Below, piece after piece: positions 61,525 to 64,000 of a stretch of DNA of 64,000 bases. The stretch lies in assembly GCF_016433145.1 (NCBI RefSeq), contig NC_058131.1, positions 314,393,388-314,457,387 of the forward strand, in the 5' to 3' direction. Position 1 is the first letter of the stretch, and every line of letters starts with the position of its first letter. This DNA comes from Gracilinanus agilis. Its lineage: Eukaryota. Under the pieces are notes generated by a model, which made no database searches, was not told the DNA's origin, and was given only the letters and a program-made list of their open reading frames with translations. The translations under genes were made by a program, and so were the position numbers.

Positions 61525-64000
61525 TAGGGGAAGATTGACATCCCCACCATTATAATTTTACTATCTGTTTTCTCCTTAAGCTCCTTTAGTTTCTCCTTTA
61601 AAAATCTGGAGGCTATACCATTTGATGTATATATGTTAAGTACTGATAATACTTCATTGTTGATGTTACCTTTTATGAAGATGTAAACGCTTTCTTTATC
61701 TCTTTTAATCAGATCTATTTTTGCTTTAGCTTTGTCTGAGATGATGATTACTATTCCTGCTTTTTTAAAATCTCAGTTGAAGTCCAAAAGATTCTGCTCT
61801 GGTCTCTTACCTTTATTTACTCTATGTGTATCTATCTGCCTCAAATATGTTTCTTGTAGACCACATATAGTTGGATTCTGTTTTTTAATCTATTCTACTA
61901 TCTTCTTTCATTTTATGGGTGAGTTTGCATCCCGTTTACATTCACAGTTATGATTACTATCTGTGTATTCCCCTCCATTTTGTTTTCCTCTTTTAGCCCT
62001 GCTCTTTCTCCTTTCACTTTTTTCCTCCACTCTAGTGTTTTGCTTTTAATCACTCCTCACATTCCTCCTCCCTTATATTACTCCCCTTCCTACTATCTCC
62101 CTTCTTAGTCCTCTACTACTTCTCTATGGGTAAGATGGGATTCTATACCCCAATGAATCTGACTGTTCTTGCCTCTCTGAGCCAATTCCAAAGGGAGTAA
62201 AGTTTAAGCATTACCCATCACCACTCTCATCCTTCCCTCCACTATACCTCTTTATGTGATATAATTCACCCCCCCCATACCTCTTTATGTGATATAATTT
62301 ACCTCATTTTACTCATATCTTCCCATTTCTTAGAACAATCTTCTTTTTCACCCCTAGATTGTTTTTTTACATATCATCCTAAACAGCTTACTATCACACT
62401 CTCTGTCTGTGTATACTTCTAACTACTATGATAATGATAAAAATTTTTAAAATTTCTTTATTTTATTCCAAAATAAATTTACACATAAGTTTTTCTAAGG
62501 TTACATGATTCATGTTGTCTCTCCCACTCCCCTTTTCTCTCCCCACTTCCAGAGTTGACAAGCAATTCCTGTGAGTTATACATATATTAATGATAAAATT
62601 TTTTAAGAGTTACAAATATAGTCTTTCCATAGAGGAATATAAACAGTTTGACCTTATTGAGGCCCTTAATTTTTCTTTCTTTCTTATTTACTTTTTTATG
62701 CTTCTCTTGAATTCTGTATTTAGAGATCAAATTTTCTGTATAAGTCTGGTCTTTTCTTTAGGAATAGTTAGAAATCTTCTATTTTATAAAATGACCATAT
62801 TTTCCCCTGAAAAAATATAGTCAGTTTTGATGGATAGATGATTCTTGGTTGTGAATACAATTCCATGGCCTTCTGGAATATCATATTCCAAGCCTTCTGA
62901 TCTTTCACTGTGGAAGATTCCAGATCCTGTGTAATCCTGACTGGGGCTCTATGATATTTGAATTGTTTCTTTCCAGTGGTTGGTAGTAATTTTCTTCTTG
63001 GCCTAGAAACTCTTGAACTTGGCTATAACATTCATGGGAATTATCATTTGGGAATTTATTGCAGGAGATGATCTGTGGATTCTTTCAATTTCTATTTTAT
63101 CCTATTTTATTTCTTGTTCAAGAATATCAGGGCAGTTTTTCCCCTTGGCTTCCATGTTGCTACCCTAACCTGGTTCTCCTAACTCTCTGGTCACTTTTTA
63201 ATGTTTTCTTTCCTGCCTCCTTTTCTGTCCATCACTTTTTGTTTATTTACTCATTCTTCTAGCCTTAATTCCTGAACTGAGATTTTGTATGAGGGCCAGG
63301 CTCTGTACACTTTTAGACTTAATGCTGAGGTCTTGTTAGGTCCTGTTTTATATTCTCTGGAGACTTATTGCTGCTTCATCTAAGTGAATGCTGTATTATT
63401 CAAGGATCTCAGGGAAACTCAGGCTGAAGATCTTTAATATGCTAACTTCACAAATCTTCAGTGTTCTCTGAGATGTCTGATCTAAGGTGAAGTCTGGTCA
63501 TTGCCCTCCTGATCTGAGAACAATGTAAATTCCTGACACTAATTTGGGTTTGGGCAACACGAGTGTAGGTTTGTCCCTACTTGGAATTCCAGTAGACTTC
63601 TTCTGGCTTCATTCTACACTATCCCCATTCTTTCTCCCTTCCCTCTATTCTAACATATAATTTCAGTTGTCTGGAAAGCCCTGCAGATTGAAAGCTACAG
63701 AACTGTTGTTTTTACCTTGATCTGAGCTCTTTGCCCCAGTTATACATCTTTAGGCTTCACACTGTGTTGGGGTCTGAGTCTGTGACCTTATTTAGAATTC
63801 AATGCCATATAGCTGCTACTCAGATCTGTTTCAGCTCCTCTCCCAGTACATAATCTCAGGCTAGGAAACCTCTGAATCTGTTAGAACCTAGACTCATGTT
63901 GGTGAATGTGTGTTCCCCTTCCCCTCTCCACCAGACCTGAGGACATTTTTCATTTCACCCACCCCTTTGCCTAACAGCTTAATGGGAGTGCTTCTTCCCT

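Larger units (their letters stand above)
58430..64000 (-). mobile_element. Large degraded, rearranged L1 (3'UTR, ORF2, part of ORF1, probable 5'UTR) with an internal plus-strand inversion at about 59936-60350
   Basis: Minus strand ORF2 peptides (ELYKQNYEILFTQIKLELNNWKN...WVDQANIIK) and a plus-strand piece [15 protein letters not shown] nested L1 3' end lies at about 62440-62590. Confidence 0.9.

Noticed and set aside
61160-61555. ORFs spanning the N run
   Set aside because: Artefacts of the gap and the (TTCC)n repeat.
62244-62299. 23-bp near-tandem duplication
   Set aside because: An ordinary slippage event inside L1.
1-64000. Prokaryotic defence systems, CRISPR arrays, rRNA genes, or a foreign or synthetic insert
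   Set aside because: Composition and repeat content are uniformly marsupial, with no operon-like ORFs or regularly spaced repeats.

Overview
Marsupial genomic DNA, most likely Monodelphis domestica. The basis is young Mdo-type CORE-SINEs, MAR1, marsupial L1 3' ends, strong CpG depletion and a 214-N scaffold gap. The window holds the 5' part of GARNL3 (RapGAP-domain-like 3) on the minus strand. It has a CpG-island promoter and first exon at about 45.6-46.0 kb, an internal first coding exon at 28328-28471 (MVVDFCRR...), and three further coding exons at 15906-15980, 7617-7716 and 5329-5447; the gene runs off the left edge. Most of the rest is L2, MIR/MAR1, L3/CR1, L1, Mdo SINEs, hAT MITEs and two solo LTRs. 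I found no prokaryotic-type system, CRISPR array or RNA gene. The best leads are: (1) two alternative GARNL3 N-termini sharing one exon through an internal acceptor; (2) uORF-rich leaders; (3) a speculative divergent plus-strand spliced transcript with a chainable ORF; (4) a CpG-retaining exon-like segment at 54.4 kb; (5) a perfect 36-bp copy shared by two ancient L2 fragments; (6) an L1 with an internal inversion and a fold-back junction. Exon coordinates were checked base by base. Repeat boundaries are approximate and family names come from memory of consensus sequences, not from a database search.
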